From a virus (Duplodnaviria; Caudoviricetes), in IMG/VR virus record IMGVR_UViG_2905706892_000001, positions 1,556 through 65,555 of that record: a stretch of 64,000 bases of DNA; one strand, 5' to 3'. The notes beneath the pieces were generated by a model. That model saw only the letters and a program-made list of their open reading frames with translations, ran no database searches and was not told where the DNA came from. Positions 63,283 through 64,000 of the stretch are shown piece by piece. The stretch's first letter is position 1; the number at the start of each line of letters is the position of its first letter. The translations under genes were made by a program, and so were the position numbers.

Positions 63283-63717
63283 CTAACCACACCAATCTTT
63301 CGCTTTAGTGCCACCATCATAGGCCACCCCTAAGCCTGAGCTGATTAGAATGTCAGTCAGGTTTTTGTTGTCCACGTATACGTCAGCCACTATCCTAAAA
63401 TACTTACCACGTTTCGTGTTCCTAAGCTCAATAACCTTTGCCGAGCGAAGCGCTTCAACTGTTACTTGCTTAGCTTGGCGAGCGAGGTCTTTCTCTTGTT
63501 TACACTTGCCACGCATTTCAGGCGTATCGACACCCGCTACACGAATACCAATCCGCTCCCCTATCAGAGAATGCAAACCCGCGATATTAGCGCGAAAGGT
63601 GTCACCGTCATAGATTGAGGTAACTGTTTCAACTGTCAGCGTCCCGTGGTTTTTGTTTTTGATACTTTCGGCATTAACATTGAACGCCAGTAGTAGAAAT
63701 ACAATTAATAATCTCAT
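63283..63717 (-). CDS. Secreted thermonuclease (SNase family)
   Basis: Signal peptide; YDGDT, IRVAGVDTPE, KYFRIVADV, GLGVAYDGG. Confidence 0.92.
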   Translation of the reverse strand: MRLLIVFLLLAFNVNAESIKNKNHGTLTVETVTSIYDGDTFRANIAGLHSLIGERIGIRVAGVDTPEMRGKCKQEKDLARQAKQVTVEALRSAKVIELRNTKRGKYFRIVADVYVDNKNLTDILISSGLGVAYDGGTKAKDWCG

Positions 63718-63856
63718 AGTGCCTTTCCGTACTGTTGGTAATTAATACTCACCCTACTATAGCGAAGAAAACCCAATCAGGCATGTGGCGACTAATAAAG
63801 CTTGTTCAAACGGTGCTTTAGGCAGTGAATTTCAGAACGGGTTAGAGCGCGTAAAT

Positions 63857-63922
63857 GGGGCGAAAAGTGGGGTGACTGTGGGGGCATTTCGGTGCGAGTT
63901 TTTGGTGTGGGGTGATGCTGGG
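63857..63922 (+). repeat. Five TGGGG direct repeats, possible integrase arm-type sites near att
   Basis: TGGGGC, TGGGGT, TGGGGG, TGGGGT, TGGGGT clustered in non-coding DNA at the window end. Confidence 0.4.
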
Positions 63923-64000
63923 GTGAGAACGTTTACAAATGATGATAATCTATGTCAACGCTACAGCCCAGCAAATACGGGGGGTGTTAGCTTATGCTAA

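Larger units (their letters stand above)
135..64000. mobile_element. Temperate podovirus-like phage/prophage, near complete; att cores not seen in window
   Basis: Integrase, excisionase, repressor, complete head/tail/packaging/lysis module on minus strand and replication module on plus strand; no host housekeeping gene in the window. Whether 58300-64000 lies inside the prophage is inferred. Confidence 0.93.

Noticed and set aside
63785-64000. 71-aa plus-strand ORF at the window end
   Set aside because: No RBS, overlaps the G-run repeats, no recognisable motif
1-64000. tRNA or rRNA genes and att core direct repeat
   Set aside because: No cloverleaf/T-loop signature or matching terminal repeat found by eye; tRNAscan and flanking sequence are needed to be certain

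Overview
Almost the whole window is one temperate phage or prophage of about 64 kb; neither att core is visible, so both probably lie just outside. The host is probably a marine gammaproteobacterium (inference). Left arm, minus strand (208-35418): tyrosine integrase, tail fibre module with a 2747-aa repeat-rich fibre, M15 endolysin, large ejection-type proteins, adaptors, N4-gp56/DUF4043-type capsid, scaffold, P22/933W-type portal, TerL and TerS, i.e. a podovirus-like virion. Right arm, plus strand (35692-58243): early genes, a long structured non-coding region, an iteron-like origin, family A DNA polymerase, primase-SF3 helicase, Cas4-like nuclease, SNF2 helicase, DEDDh exonuclease, CI-like repressor, excisionase and ThyX. 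The right end (58300-63717) is AT-rich cargo: a LexA-boxed orphan UmuD-like peptidase, a degenerate integron cassette array without intI (DUF4238, HEPN and others) and a secreted thermonuclease. Strongest unexplained signals: (1) a 15-bp palindromic motif ARYAGT-N3-ACTRYT repeated about 17 times on early and late sigma70 promoters; (2) a repressor that seems to lack autocleavage residues alongside an SOS-inducible stand-alone S24 peptidase; (3) integron cassettes and MITE-like inserts apparently carried by the phage; (4) a large structured non-coding region; (5) a nuclease-like domain on the giant ejection protein. All family calls come from motif recognition by eye, not database searches.
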